Assembly: GCA_044229845.1 (NCBI GenBank)
Contig: JBGASG010000001.1
Span: 288,001-352,000 of the forward strand
Length of the DNA: 64,000 nt
Source: Candidatus Obscuribacteraceae bacterium
Lineage (GTDB): Bacteria; Cyanobacteriota; Vampirovibrionia; Obscuribacterales; Obscuribacteraceae
Reading direction: 5' to 3'
Below the pieces are notes generated by a model. The model was given only the letters and a program-made list of their open reading frames with translations. It was not told the origin of the DNA and ran no database searches. Every line of letters begins with the position of its first letter. The first letter of the stretch is position 1. The translations under genes were made by a program, and so were the position numbers. Shown piece after piece: positions 9,861-21,215 of the stretch.

Positions 9861-9890
9861 CGCGGAGCGCGAGGAACCGGGGCGCGCGAC

Positions 9891-12800
9891 CTAGCTGGAT
9901 GCCGATTGCAGACGGCGCGTGGGATGCCCCACTACGTTTCGAAAAGCCAGAGTCACTAGTTCCTGATCCATCGTGGATTGGCGAACCGTTGTAACCAGGC
10001 GCTTTCCTTTGAACTTGTGGGACGTCGAGCGGTAGAAAGACGAGATGTCTTCACGCACGGGCAACTCGAGTTCCTGGCGACCGGCAACCTCGACGTAACA
10101 CACATCGCCGTTCCATGACTCCGAAAGCTTGCCCTTGTTCAACGCCAGCAACAGCCAAGCGAGATTGGCGTCTGCATAGTATTCTTCTGCGATTGTCTGG
10201 AGTGTTTCTCCAGGCTGCACCAGATGCCTCGGACGTTGAATGACGTTTGTGTCGTAGTCGTCGCTGTTCGACGCGACCTGCTCGTCGCCGTCCTTCTCCT
10301 CTTCTTCCTCTGCGCCTTCGCGGCCCTCGGTTGCTCGAGCTCTGGCCACGGCCGCCAGAGCAACCGCGCCGATGGCCAACTCGAGACCCAGCAGGTAGCG
10401 CTTGTCGTTTTCGGAAATTTCGTGCAATGGTTTGAACGCTATCAGCTTGCCACCCAAAGGCACGACCTTGTCGCTCGCCAGTCCGAATTGAATTTGCCCC
10501 TTCTCAGGCAGAGCTCCGTTGCGAATATCGACTCCAAGTCCCAGTTCTCGCCCAATCGGTCGTCCTGCGATTGAAGTCGCAGCGGCCGCGGCGCTGCGAT
10601 CGCCGACGGTGAAATGGTTAGCACCATTAGTGGTGCTGTGTCCGAGATCGATTCCCTTGATGCTCCGTTCGCTGGTTGCGCTGGTTGCGACCAAGTTCGC
10701 TGGAACTTTTTCGCCGGCAACGGAGCCGGTTGTGCGGACCAGTCCTTTGTCAGCGAGGTTGATGCTGATTCCGTTTGCATTAGCAGGAAGGGCGGTCAAG
10801 TGGTGCCGCTCGCCGGTGGTGATAGGAATGGCTGTCGGAACACGATCCGGAAGCAGTGAACCGACTTTGCTGCTTGCGGCGGCAGCGATTGCGCTGGTGA
10901 TATTCAATCCTCGCTCGCCGATTGCACTGGCGCCACTCAATGTGTTGATAGCCGGAGTCAAACGGGCGCGGTCTGCGACGATCGTTGGTTCGAGAGAGAT
11001 AATTGCGCATCTGCTGCCGCTGGCACCAGGCAGACTGGCTGCTATGCGATCGGCGGGCAACACGTTCAGTTGGCTTGTCAGAGCGACAGGTGGGAATGTA
11101 CGTGTGGTCAGCGAATCGCTGGTTTGCAGCCGCGCGACTGGACGTTCATTATTTGGACCGCCGACCAAGGAGGCGACACGGTCTGAAAGTTGAGTCGGCA
11201 ACGGCACGGGCGTCGCCGATGTTGAAGAAACCTTCTCCCCTGCCAGAGCCATCTTGACGGTCGTCGGGGCGGTGATGGTGGCTGTGCCGGCGGTGACTGT
11301 CTGCGGCAGAGATTTGTCGGCAATCGGCAGGACGGTGCGCGGTGTGGCTAAGACAGCTGCGTCGCTAACGGGTGGTTTCGCAAGTGCAGTTGTGACATTG
11401 GTCGGCTGGTCCAATCCGCGCACGATGTTGGTTGCCACTGGAGCTGGTGGTTGCTGGCGGATCTCCGCAAACGTGTTCGCCGACGTCTGGGTGAATGTCG
11501 CGGTGACGCTGCCCTTCTCTGATATTTGAGTGGTGACTGGAACCGGCTGCTGCACTCTGGCATCAAATCCTGCTGCGGCGAGAGTGTTGGTCCCGACTTG
11601 TTGTGGCTTAAAGTCAAGCGGTTTCGGATCCAGCGTCAGCTGCTGCGTGCGAGCCTCGGTAATCGCTCTGGCGTCGAGTGTCGAGGGCTGTTGAAATCGG
11701 TCTGTCATCGCGCGGCCGTCTAGCGCTGTCTGCAGCTGCTGCCGATCTACTATGGAGCGCCCGTCGACGCTGCTGACTCTGGCTTCGGAGCCCACCAAAG
11801 TGAAGTCCCGGTTAGGTTCCGGTTTCGCGGTGCCGATCATCGTGAAGTCACGATTCGGCTCTGTTTTCGTGCCGATGCCGATGCTGTTTGGCGGCGCATC
11901 TACGCGCAGCCTCATCAGGTCGTCGTACGATTTGCTGCTAGCTCCCAGGGTGCTGGCAGAAAGTCTGCTAGTGTCAAAATCGATGCCGGGTTGTTCAATT
12001 AGTGCGCGTTTGGCGGCAATAACCCCATCTTGCGAAGACTCAAATTTGTTTGGGACGTAACCGGGGTTGAAGTCTTGTTTGAAGTCTTGTTGTTTGTAAC
12101 TGGTAATTTGAGGTTCTGTTCTAGTAAGTATTTGCGGTGACGGATCTCTATTGAACGCTGCAATCAAATCGTTGCGCGTCGCGTAGCTCGTCAGACGGTC
12201 AGCCGATCCCGGAGCATCCAGAGTCGGCATATCCTGGGGTTTGGCTAATATGCTGCGCGGTAATTCGGCGACTCCGATCTGCGGAATCTGCTGAATGGTG
12301 TGCTGTCTTTCCACGCTGGTGTCAACAACAGCGAAACTAACTGCTGCCGGATTCTTGAAGGTTGCTGTTTCAAGCAGGCGGCTATCAGGTTGTTGGCGAA
12401 GATCAGTGCTCGCCTGGATCGGAGCGAAGAGGGTTTGATCGGTGGTCCTCTGCACAACAGCCCGATCGATAGTTCTCGGCATTAGAGCCGGATCAATCGA
12501 CCGCTGGGCCGAGGCAATTTGAACGGTTTCGCTGGGGACGTAGCTTTTCGCCTGGCTGACTTCATCGGCGCGCACTGCAGCGGTGTTGTTCACCGTAATC
12601 GGTTTGATCACGTCTGATGCGGTGACGGGGACGACCGGGACGACCGGCACGACAGCAGACAGTCGTTCGCCGGGGACGGACGCCATCGCCGCCGCGGTGC
12701 GCACATCCTTATAGTCCTGCATTTTGGTTCGGTTTGCATCACCAGGCTGCTGCAGGTCGAACGGCGAAGTGAATCTATTGGTTTCAAATGCCGAGCGCGC

Positions 12801-13031
12801 CAAAAACTGGCTGGGCACAGTGATAATCAGTGAATTTCCTACCTGAGGGTTGATCTCGGTCACGGTAGGCAAACTGGGTCGTGAGCTGGCAGCTTCATCA
12901 ATAAGCGGTGTGCCGAAGTCGGCGGACACAAAGTCCGTCTCGACTCTTCGTCTTTTCTCCAATGCGGCGCTGGAGCCGTCTGGTGGTAATTCCGACATCG
13001 GCGTATTTCTTGCTATGACACAGGTCCGCAC
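9891..13031 (-). CDS. Large low-complexity protein with C-terminal LysM-like domain
   Basis: HLVQPGETLQTIAEEYYADANLAWLL...ELELP (LysM-like), preceded by a hydrophobic segment and an acidic linker. The likely start is the ATG at 12998. Confidence 0.75.
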   Translation of the reverse strand: MRTCVIARNTPMSELPPDGSSAALEKRRRVETDFVSADFGTPLIDEAASSRPSLPTVTEINPQVGNSLIITVPSQFLARSAFETNRFTSPFDLQQPGDANRTKMQDYKDVRTAAAMASVPGERLSAVVPVVPVVPVTASDVIKPITVNNTAAVRADEVSQAKSYVPSETVQIASAQRSIDPALMPRTIDRAVVQRTTDQTLFAPIQASTDLRQQPDSRLLETATFKNPAAVSFAVVDTSVERQHTIQQIPQIGVAELPRSILAKPQDMPTLDAPGSADRLTSYATRNDLIAAFNRDPSPQILTRTEPQITSYKQQDFKQDFNPGYVPNKFESSQDGVIAAKRALIEQPGIDFDTSRLSASTLGASSKSYDDLMRLRVDAPPNSIGIGTKTEPNRDFTMIGTAKPEPNRDFTLVGSEARVSSVDGRSIVDRQQLQTALDGRAMTDRFQQPSTLDARAITEARTQQLTLDPKPLDFKPQQVGTNTLAAAGFDARVQQPVPVTTQISEKGSVTATFTQTSANTFAEIRQQPPAPVATNIVRGLDQPTNVTTALAKPPVSDAAVLATPRTVLPIADKSLPQTVTAGTATITAPTTVKMALAGEKVSSTSATPVPLPTQLSDRVASLVGGPNNERPVARLQTSDSLTTRTFPPVALTSQLNVLPADRIAASLPGASGSRCAIISLEPTIVADRARLTPAINTLSGASAIGERGLNITSAIAAAASSKVGSLLPDRVPTAIPITTGERHHLTALPANANGISINLADKGLVRTTGSVAGEKVPANLVATSATSERSIKGIDLGHSTTNGANHFTVGDRSAAAAATSIAGRPIGRELGLGVDIRNGALPEKGQIQFGLASDKVVPLGGKLIAFKPLHEISENDKRYLLGLELAIGAVALAAVARARATEGREGAEEEEEKDGDEQVASNSDDYDTNVIQRPRHLVQPGETLQTIAEEYYADANLAWLLLALNKGKLSESWNGDVCYVEVAGRQELELPVREDISSFYRSTSHKFKGKRLVTTVRQSTMDQELVTLAFRNVVGHPTRRLQSASS

Positions 13032-13485
13032 GAATTATGAGTAAGATCAGCGTGGCATGTCAAGTGCTCAAGCCTGGTTTCGGCGCTGGTTTTTGGAAAA
13101 ACGCCGCGTTTCACGAAAATTCCACAATTGAGTGCCGATGCGGCTTTCTATAAATAGATGGTATTACGGGCGGTTGTAGACTGGCGGACACGAAACTGGT
13201 ACGCAATTACGCACAGTTGTATGCGTGATACCGCAGGTGGTATCATTGTCACAAATTTTACACCTTTGCTCCGCTATATTGGCAGCATCCGAAAAGACAA
13301 AACAAACAAGGACGCATCGCGCAACAAACGCGCAGTGCAAGTGTGCTGATCAGCGGTTCCGTCTTTCCACACCCCAGCACCAGCTCGCAACCCCCCACGT
13401 CACGCCCATCCATCCCAATTGCAACACCCAATTTTTTTCCTTTAGTACACCTTTGTCGTGTACTAATCTCCAGGAGTTTATATCT

Positions 13486-14385
13486 ATGACAGAAGGTCAA
13501 GCATTACAACAACAGAACACCAATACAAGCGGCGGCGAAGCGCCTGTCGTCGGACGAACCGTCACCGGCACAAACAACAACGGAGAAGGTGCGATTACCT
13601 TCACCGATGTGTTTCCCTCGGGTACGACTCCCCTGCTTCCTACGCAAGGAGTAGCTAACGGTGAACGCCTACTGACACCGGTCGATGGGCGTGCGCTGCC
13701 AGTGCCCGGCTCAGACGGCACGATTAATCAGATCGAAAAAATCAAGATGATCGAACATGGACAAATTTCGATGAAGAAGTTTGGACCGAAGGAAACCGAG
13801 CCAACTCCAGAAGAGCGGAAGGAAGCGATCAACCGAGCACAGAAGTCGCTTGAGAATAATCCGCTCTTCAAACTCATGAGTGCCGACGATCAAAAGGCCG
13901 CGCTCAAGCTTCAAGACGCCGTCCTCAACGGTGATACCAAGGCGCTCGGTGAGTTGGTCAAGGCTCTGGGCGCCAATCCTGAAAGAATGGCCGCGTTGGC
14001 TGGTGCGATTGCGGACAACCTTAAGAAGGTAGGCGCCAACACCCAGCTGGACATGGGACCGGACGGCAGCCTGCTGATGTACAGAGACGGAGCCAGCCAC
14101 GCCGTGCAGATTGGCAAGGATGGTTCCGCTCAAGTTCGGGCAATCGAACATCATCCGGACGGTAGCCTGGACATATTGAATGATCGCACAGTCGTTAGAC
14201 CAACTGCCGCACAACTAGCCAGATCCATCAGTGATTCGGCAGTCAATCAATCCAACTGGAATGCCATGTTCTCGCGTCAAATCCAAAGCATTCCCAAAGA
14301 TATTCCGCCAATCATCAACAGACCGCGTCCGCAATCCGGTAGCGGTGGACTCAGAGGCACTGGTCCCGAAGACAACAGCCCCTAA
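13486..14385 (+). CDS. Hypothetical protein
   Basis: AGGAG RBS at 13472-13476 before the ATG at 13486. The longer ORF extension from 13225 looks non-coding. Confidence 0.7.
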   Translation: MTEGQALQQQNTNTSGGEAPVVGRTVTGTNNNGEGAITFTDVFPSGTTPLLPTQGVANGERLLTPVDGRALPVPGSDGTINQIEKIKMIEHGQISMKKFGPKETEPTPEERKEAINRAQKSLENNPLFKLMSADDQKAALKLQDAVLNGDTKALGELVKALGANPERMAALAGAIADNLKKVGANTQLDMGPDGSLLMYRDGASHAVQIGKDGSAQVRAIEHHPDGSLDILNDRTVVRPTAAQLARSISDSAVNQSNWNAMFSRQIQSIPKDIPPIINRPRPQSGSGGLRGTGPEDNSP

Positions 14386-14419
14386 TTGCTCGAAATCAAA
14401 GTTCGGTTAGGCCGCGGAA

Positions 14420-14443
14420 GCGGGGTGGTTTGCGCCACCCCGC
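14420..14443 (+). terminator. GC-rich hairpin, possible intrinsic terminator
   Basis: GCGGGGTGG-tttgcg-CCACCCCGC about 35 nt after the stop codon; weak U tract. Confidence 0.45.
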
Positions 14444-14638
14444 CTGCCTTTAGACACTTATTAACAGAAGTTTAAAAAGCTGTACAGTAGTCAAGAGGGG
14501 TGATAAAGTCAGCGTTCTGAACGGTCTATAGTTCAACCAGTTACCAGTCTAAGCAAATGTCCCAAAAACTGTCCCAGATACTTGCAGGGTTTAGATCAGT
14601 TTCTCACTGTCATTCAGTAGCAGCAGGGCACCACAAAG

Positions 14639-16165
14639 ATGAATCACGGCAATCCCCCTGGGGACGACGACTCTGGTGACGAGTCATCGCCTAACTCTTC
14701 GGCGGGCGATGATGACCCGCACCAGCACCACGAATTGACCTTACGAATCCAAGAATTCAAAGAATTGATCGCGGATGCTCGCGATCCCAAAGTCAAAAAC
14801 GAATCTCGAATCACTTTGTTCGAGCGCGCGGCAGCCTTCGCGCAAGAATGGATGCTCGCGGAAGAAGCACGTATCGCCACCACGGAGCTCAGTCGCGTTT
14901 ACATTGAGCGGCGGAAGTTTTCGCAGGCGCTCAGTTCAATCAATAGATTACTTGAGCAACAGACTGCCGAGTTGGGCGCGCGCCACGCATCGCTGGCGCG
15001 CATCAAGATCTTGCGTGGCGAATGTTTCCTGCAAATGCATCGGCTGGAGCCTGCAATTGCCGACTTGCGCGATGCGGTCCTGCAGTGCCAGACTGCCGAC
15101 GGAGTCACGGAGGATGACCTTCTCGAGTCGCTCTGCATACTGGCGACAGCCTACCGCCATAACGAGCAAAACGACAAAGCTCGCAGTTGCCTGAAGCAAG
15201 CTTATGCGATTTTGTCGCCGGATGATAAACCCACTCCGTTGCGCATTCGTGTCCTCGAAGAAGTCGCAAATATCATGTTCGCCTACAAAAGAATGCCGGC
15301 CGCCAGGGCAGCTTTCGAGCAGGTTGTTCAGCTGAAACGGGAGTTGTATGGCGACTCGCATGAGGAAAACATCGATGCCCAAATTCAATTGGGTATGTGC
15401 TATTTCGGTCTGCAGCAATGGAGCCGGGCGGAAGAAGCTTTTGTGCGGGCGGTTGACATCGAACGATTCAACAAAGCCGATCCGAAACGATTAGCATTCA
15501 CCCTGGAGAAACTGGCCGGTGTCTACCGGGTCAACGCCCGCTTCAGCGAGGCGACTCTAGTCGAACAGTGTGCCGGCGAGATTCTAGGTCGGGCGATCAA
15601 GATGCGTCTGGGCTATCTCAAATCATTTGAGGCGGGAGTTGCTGCACATCGGCGCCACAAATTCGACATCGCTGCCGATTGCTATAAGGCGGCACTCAAT
15701 CACCTGGAGTTTCTTGGTGACAAACATGCCGCTGATCGCATTCCAGTTCTGGCTCGCATGTTGCAACTGGCGTTGACTCGCAAGCGCGCCGTGCAATTGA
15801 GAGCGCTGGAGGCTGAGATTGAACTGGGACTGGCAGCTATGTTTCCTTCGGACTCTGCGTCCGAGGCACTGCTGCGACTGGGCCGTCTGTTCCGAGTGCT
15901 TGGGCTCTATAGTGCTGCCGAAGCCTGCTATACGCAGACTGAGTTTCTATTGCGACGTGCCGGCGAGCCACAGCAGTTCCTTGCTGTCCTCGAAGAGCAC
16001 GCGCGCCTGCTTAAATGCATCAACTGGCTGCCTGAACTGGAACGGACGGACAAACTGCTTCGTCGGCTGCACAGGTTGTGGAACGACGACTACCAGGTTG
16101 TTGAGGCCGCGCTCACGATCGAGAGTTGCGATTCCTTGCTGGCGGAGCAACTGGCTCTGCCCTAA
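14639..16165 (+). CDS. Tetratricopeptide repeat protein
   Basis: Multiple TPR-type helices, including kinesin-light-chain-like LKRELYGDSHEENIDAQIQLGMCY. Confidence 0.8.
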   Translation: MNHGNPPGDDDSGDESSPNSSAGDDDPHQHHELTLRIQEFKELIADARDPKVKNESRITLFERAAAFAQEWMLAEEARIATTELSRVYIERRKFSQALSSINRLLEQQTAELGARHASLARIKILRGECFLQMHRLEPAIADLRDAVLQCQTADGVTEDDLLESLCILATAYRHNEQNDKARSCLKQAYAILSPDDKPTPLRIRVLEEVANIMFAYKRMPAARAAFEQVVQLKRELYGDSHEENIDAQIQLGMCYFGLQQWSRAEEAFVRAVDIERFNKADPKRLAFTLEKLAGVYRVNARFSEATLVEQCAGEILGRAIKMRLGYLKSFEAGVAAHRRHKFDIAADCYKAALNHLEFLGDKHAADRIPVLARMLQLALTRKRAVQLRALEAEIELGLAAMFPSDSASEALLRLGRLFRVLGLYSAAEACYTQTEFLLRRAGEPQQFLAVLEEHARLLKCINWLPELERTDKLLRRLHRLWNDDYQVVEAALTIESCDSLLAEQLALP

Positions 16166-17703
16166 ATCGCGGTCATGTGTACTCGGGCTTGAGGCTGCGT
16201 TCCATGCACGAACGCAGTACCCAGTGCGTACATCGCTTGCTCGCTTGGGTCGCAGGTGGCGATGGCTGTCTCCCATTCGGGCAGAGCCAGAGCATCTTCT
16301 GGAACGTCCGTTGCCACCGTGACTCGGGTGGCAAGGTGAGTGGACAGCGCATGCCCCAGGGCAATCTGTCCTGGATTGCGCAGACCCTTATAGGTAACCA
16401 GAATACCGTGGTGCCCGGCCGTTTCTTGAACCACTCTCTGGATGTCTTCACTCGATGGATCGAGACCGAAGCGAATCTCTTTGACTCCCAGTTTCTTGCC
16501 GTCGGGCAATGCAGCGGCGATGCTGCGCGCGAGTTCCAGCCGATATCGCGGATGATCGGGAATAATCACGACCCATGGTTTGGTTTCTTCAGCAGTGCGC
16601 AAATCAGGAACGGTACCACGCAGCACCGAGATTGCTCTGCAAGAAACTTCCAGTGAGCGCCGGCGATTTTGGGCCTGCAGACTTGCCAATTTTTCGATGC
16701 GCTCCGGCGCTCTGTCTGCCGTCGGTTCGATGAGTTGCAACGCCCGGGCGCGGCGTTGCATCGAAGCCAGTATGTGTTCTTCGCTGATACGACCGTCTTT
16801 GACGGCTTTCTTGATGGCTGCATGCACGGCGCGCACAGAGTCGGCATCGGTGCAGGCAAGCAACTGATCGTTGCCGGCGATCAATGCCAGCACACAACCC
16901 TCGGCCAGTCCCCAGCGATCGTCGACGGCTTTCATCAACATGTCGTCGGTAAAGACCAGTCCGTCAAATCCCAGTGAATTACGCAAAAGGTCTGTCGTAA
17001 TGCGCGCAGACAGGCTGGCCGGCAACGGTTCTTTTTCGAACTCGGTCAGCCAGACGTGAGCAGTCAGCACTGCAGGCAGTGCGGAGATACAGGACTTGAA
17101 CGGGGACAGCTCCACGGCATCCAGACGCTCTCGATCGAATGGAAGCGCCGGCAAGTCAGTGTGCGAGTCCTGTGACGTATCTCCGTGACCGGGGAAGTGT
17201 TTGCCGACCGGTAGCACATTGTGCTGCAAAAATGTGCGGGCGGTCAAAGCTCCAAAGCGCGCTACCAGATCTGGTGTGGAGCCGTAGGCGCGTGTAGCTA
17301 TTATTGGATTACGTGGATTGGTTGCCACATCCAACACTGGTGCCAGCACGCAGTTGATGCCGAGCAGATTGAGCTCTTGCGCTGAAATGGCGGCGATTTC
17401 CTGAGCGGCTTCCTCGTCGAGAGAACCTAGTGCCATGGCCGAAGGCAAATCGGTGATGATGCCATCGAATCGCTGAACCGCTCCGCCTTCTTGGTCGACA
17501 GTGACGATAGCCGGTTTCTTCCAGCTCGCCTTTTTGACATCGTCGATCAGTGTCACCAGTTGTTCGAGATCGCAGGCGTTGTCTTTGAAGAGCGTGACGC
17601 CGCTCATGATGCCGTCTTCAAGACCTTTGCGCGTGCCCGCATCCAGTTCCGTCCCCGAAACGCGCCCGAGAATCAGTTCACCAATGGCGGTATCAAGGTC
17701 CAC
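16162..17703 (-). CDS. nagZ: Beta-N-acetylhexosaminidase (GH3)
   Basis: VDQEGGAVQR, APVLDV, KHFPGHGDTSQDSH, FTDDMLM. Confidence 0.92.
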   Translation of the reverse strand: MDLDTAIGELILGRVSGTELDAGTRKGLEDGIMSGVTLFKDNACDLEQLVTLIDDVKKASWKKPAIVTVDQEGGAVQRFDGIITDLPSAMALGSLDEEAAQEIAAISAQELNLLGINCVLAPVLDVATNPRNPIIATRAYGSTPDLVARFGALTARTFLQHNVLPVGKHFPGHGDTSQDSHTDLPALPFDRERLDAVELSPFKSCISALPAVLTAHVWLTEFEKEPLPASLSARITTDLLRNSLGFDGLVFTDDMLMKAVDDRWGLAEGCVLALIAGNDQLLACTDADSVRAVHAAIKKAVKDGRISEEHILASMQRRARALQLIEPTADRAPERIEKLASLQAQNRRRSLEVSCRAISVLRGTVPDLRTAEETKPWVVIIPDHPRYRLELARSIAAALPDGKKLGVKEIRFGLDPSSEDIQRVVQETAGHHGILVTYKGLRNPGQIALGHALSTHLATRVTVATDVPEDALALPEWETAIATCDPSEQAMYALGTAFVHGTQPQARVHMTAI

Positions 17704-17706
17704 TGC

Positions 17707-18699
17707 TTATGCTTTCAGTTTTACCAGGCGGTAAAGATCGACTGGACGCTGGCGCCCCTTGACGGTAACCGGGCCCAGCGACTCGACTTCGTACTGAGTC
17801 TTGATCAGCTCGTAGGTGGTGCCGTCCATGACGATGTCGCCCGGCTGATCCGGTCCGATCAGTTTTTCCAGACGAAATGCCAGGTTGGCGGTGTCACCAA
17901 GCAAGGCCGGATTTGCTTTCGAAGATCCAAGAATGCCGGCAGCGACCGGACCGGTGGCCAGCGCCACGTCAACATGCAGCGGCCAATCCGGGAAAGGCCA
18001 GAAGTTCGGATTGCCAGCCAGTTCCACAACCATCTTCTTCATCTGCAAGGCGGTGTAGCAGGCTTGATATGCGCACATGTTGGTCTCGGCGCCAGGAGTG
18101 TCGTCGCCTTGCCAGTAAGCCATGATCGCATCGCCGGCGATTTTTTCCAGCTGACCGTGCTGCTTGCGAATCTCGCTGTTGAGCTGCTGAAACACTTTTT
18201 GTGCGCACGCCATCACCATATCCGGTTGGTCTGAGTACGCTTCCATCAAACTTGTGAAGGATCGAATGTCGCCGACTAGAATCGTCGCGTTAATTAGCTT
18301 GATGTGAAACTGAGTCTTTTCGTGCTCGTCGGTGTGCTGCACTACCATTCCATCGTCATCGCCGCTGATCGGTAAATTGACCAGCAAATCGATCGAAGCG
18401 ATGGTGATGACATCACCATTTTTCAGCTTGTGGTCCTGTCCAGGCGACAACCAATCGCCATTCAGACGAGTGCCGTTCGTAGAACCCAGGTCACGAATCT
18501 TCCAGCCGTCCATATCGCGCAATTCTGCGTGGACGCCTGAGACTTCGGGAATCGGCAGCACAAGCTTACGCTGGCCTGAGCTGCTCGGCTTGCGGCCAAT
18601 TTCAAGAACTTTGCCGTCTTCAAGCTCGACGAAGTAGGCTTCGGGCGTATCGGGATTAACGACGAGGTAACCTACTGCGCCGTTTTTCTTGTCTTCCAT
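17707..18699 (-). CDS. FHA domain + class III adenylate/guanylate cyclase
   Basis: FHA: IGR..VSGVHA..DLGSTNGT. Cyclase: GDIRSFT, EKIAGDA, GDTANLAFRLE. Confidence 0.9.
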   Translation of the reverse strand: MEDKKNGAVGYLVVNPDTPEAYFVELEDGKVLEIGRKPSSSGQRKLVLPIPEVSGVHAELRDMDGWKIRDLGSTNGTRLNGDWLSPGQDHKLKNGDVITIASIDLLVNLPISGDDDGMVVQHTDEHEKTQFHIKLINATILVGDIRSFTSLMEAYSDQPDMVMACAQKVFQQLNSEIRKQHGQLEKIAGDAIMAYWQGDDTPGAETNMCAYQACYTALQMKKMVVELAGNPNFWPFPDWPLHVDVALATGPVAAGILGSSKANPALLGDTANLAFRLEKLIGPDQPGDIVMDGTTYELIKTQYEVESLGPVTVKGRQRPVDLYRLVKLKA

Positions 18700-18806
18700 C
18701 CGGGTATCCGGTTTCTATCCTGAGTTCCTTGGGAATTATATCCGCTCAAAGGGCGTGGGGCCCTTCTTGAAACCAGGCTTCTAGAAACCGGTGTGTCCAG
18801 ACCTGG

Positions 18807-20066
<1,260 letters not shown>

Positions 20067-20348
20067 AGGAATTTCTCCTTTTGTACGGTGAGACCGCACA
20101 CTTACACTGGACGCCTAAAAGCGCGGGCAAACGTGCATCGTACCATTTATCAATGACGCAGAATTAAACCGGCTCAACAAAAGGAGCGCTGAACGGCGAA
20201 AATGCGGGTTTTCGTCATTCGCGGCAATTGGGATGCAAGACCTTTGCCCGCTCGGCATGCGGCTTTCCACCGCTCTGCTCAAGAAACTTTCCAAATTGTT
20301 GCAAGAGAAAAACGATTTCACGGTCTCAAAATTGTTGGGATTTTGTTG

Positions 20349-20375
20349 GGAACATGGAGCAGGGTCGGGCGTCGA
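20349..20375 (+). promoter_or_regulatory. Predicted ECF sigma promoter GGAAC-N16-CGTCGA upstream of sigG
   Basis: GGAAC at 20349-20353 and CGTCGA at 20370-20375. Same architecture at 22774-22800. Confidence 0.7.
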
Positions 20376-20580
20376 CCTTAATAGCAGCGGCTGACTGCGG
20401 CGTGAAACCGCCGCGGACGCTTAATCGGTTCAGCGCGCTGCCACAGAGATGCCATTGATAGCTTCGATGGCGTGCCGCCTCGTGGGAGCATTTCCAATGC
20501 ACAGTGCTAGGATATTAGCGCCTGAAACAGAGCCTCCGAAAGGCGGGCCACGACTGGTATCTCTGATGAAAGAGGAACGC

Positions 20581-21213
20581 ATGGCAACTGCATATAGCCA
20601 AAAGAGCGACCGCGATTTAGTTCTTGCCTGCCAGCGGCGCGAGCCACAGGCTTTCGAAGAACTGGTGAAACGGCATCAACGGACCGTATATGCGTTGTTG
20701 TATCAATTGGCGCCTGAATGGCAGGACACGTCCGATCTTGCACAGGATGTGTTCATTCGCGTCTGGCGGTCCATTGGCAATTTGAGAAATCCGGGTGCTT
20801 TCCGCTCCTGGCTGACTCAGATAGTCACCAACCTCTTCTATGACGAACTGAGAAAGCGCCCGCGTCGCGTGCCCACCGTCTCTATGGACGAGGGTATCGA
20901 CGACCCGGATTCTGAAGAAGGTGGCGGCGCCAGCCGCGACATCCCGGACTCGTCCATGCTGCCGGATGAGAGAATTTTAACCGATGAGCTTGCGGTTGTA
21001 ATCCGTCAAGCCATGGCTAATTTGCCGGAACAGTTCAGAACAGCCATCGTCTTGAGAGAGTTGGAAGGACTGAGTTACGAAGAAATTGCGGTCCTTACCA
21101 AGACGGAAATGGGAACCGTCAAATCTCGCATTGCGCGAGCCCGCTCGAAACTCCAAGAAATTCTCACTCCGTACCTGCAAGGTCAGGGTACGCAACGAGG
21201 GGTCACGGACTGA
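20581..21213 (+). CDS. sigG: ECF sigma factor, cyanobacterial SigG-like
   Basis: LYQLAPEWQDTSDLAQDV, TNLFYDELRKR and LPEQFRTAIVLRELEGLSYEEIA...GTVKSRIARAR resemble cyanobacterial SigG. AGAGGA RBS before the ATG at 20581. Confidence 0.85.
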   Translation: MATAYSQKSDRDLVLACQRREPQAFEELVKRHQRTVYALLYQLAPEWQDTSDLAQDVFIRVWRSIGNLRNPGAFRSWLTQIVTNLFYDELRKRPRRVPTVSMDEGIDDPDSEEGGGASRDIPDSSMLPDERILTDELAVVIRQAMANLPEQFRTAIVLRELEGLSYEEIAVLTKTEMGTVKSRIARARSKLQEILTPYLQGQGTQRGVTD

Positions 21214-21215
21214 TC

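Noticed and set aside
20100..20290. SAM-I riboswitch upstream of metK, or a c-di-GMP-I motif
   Set aside because: AGAGCGGTGGA (minus strand) and GGGCAAA...GACGCA (plus strand) are only partial matches. The GCAACC core, GAAA tetraloop and required stems are missing.
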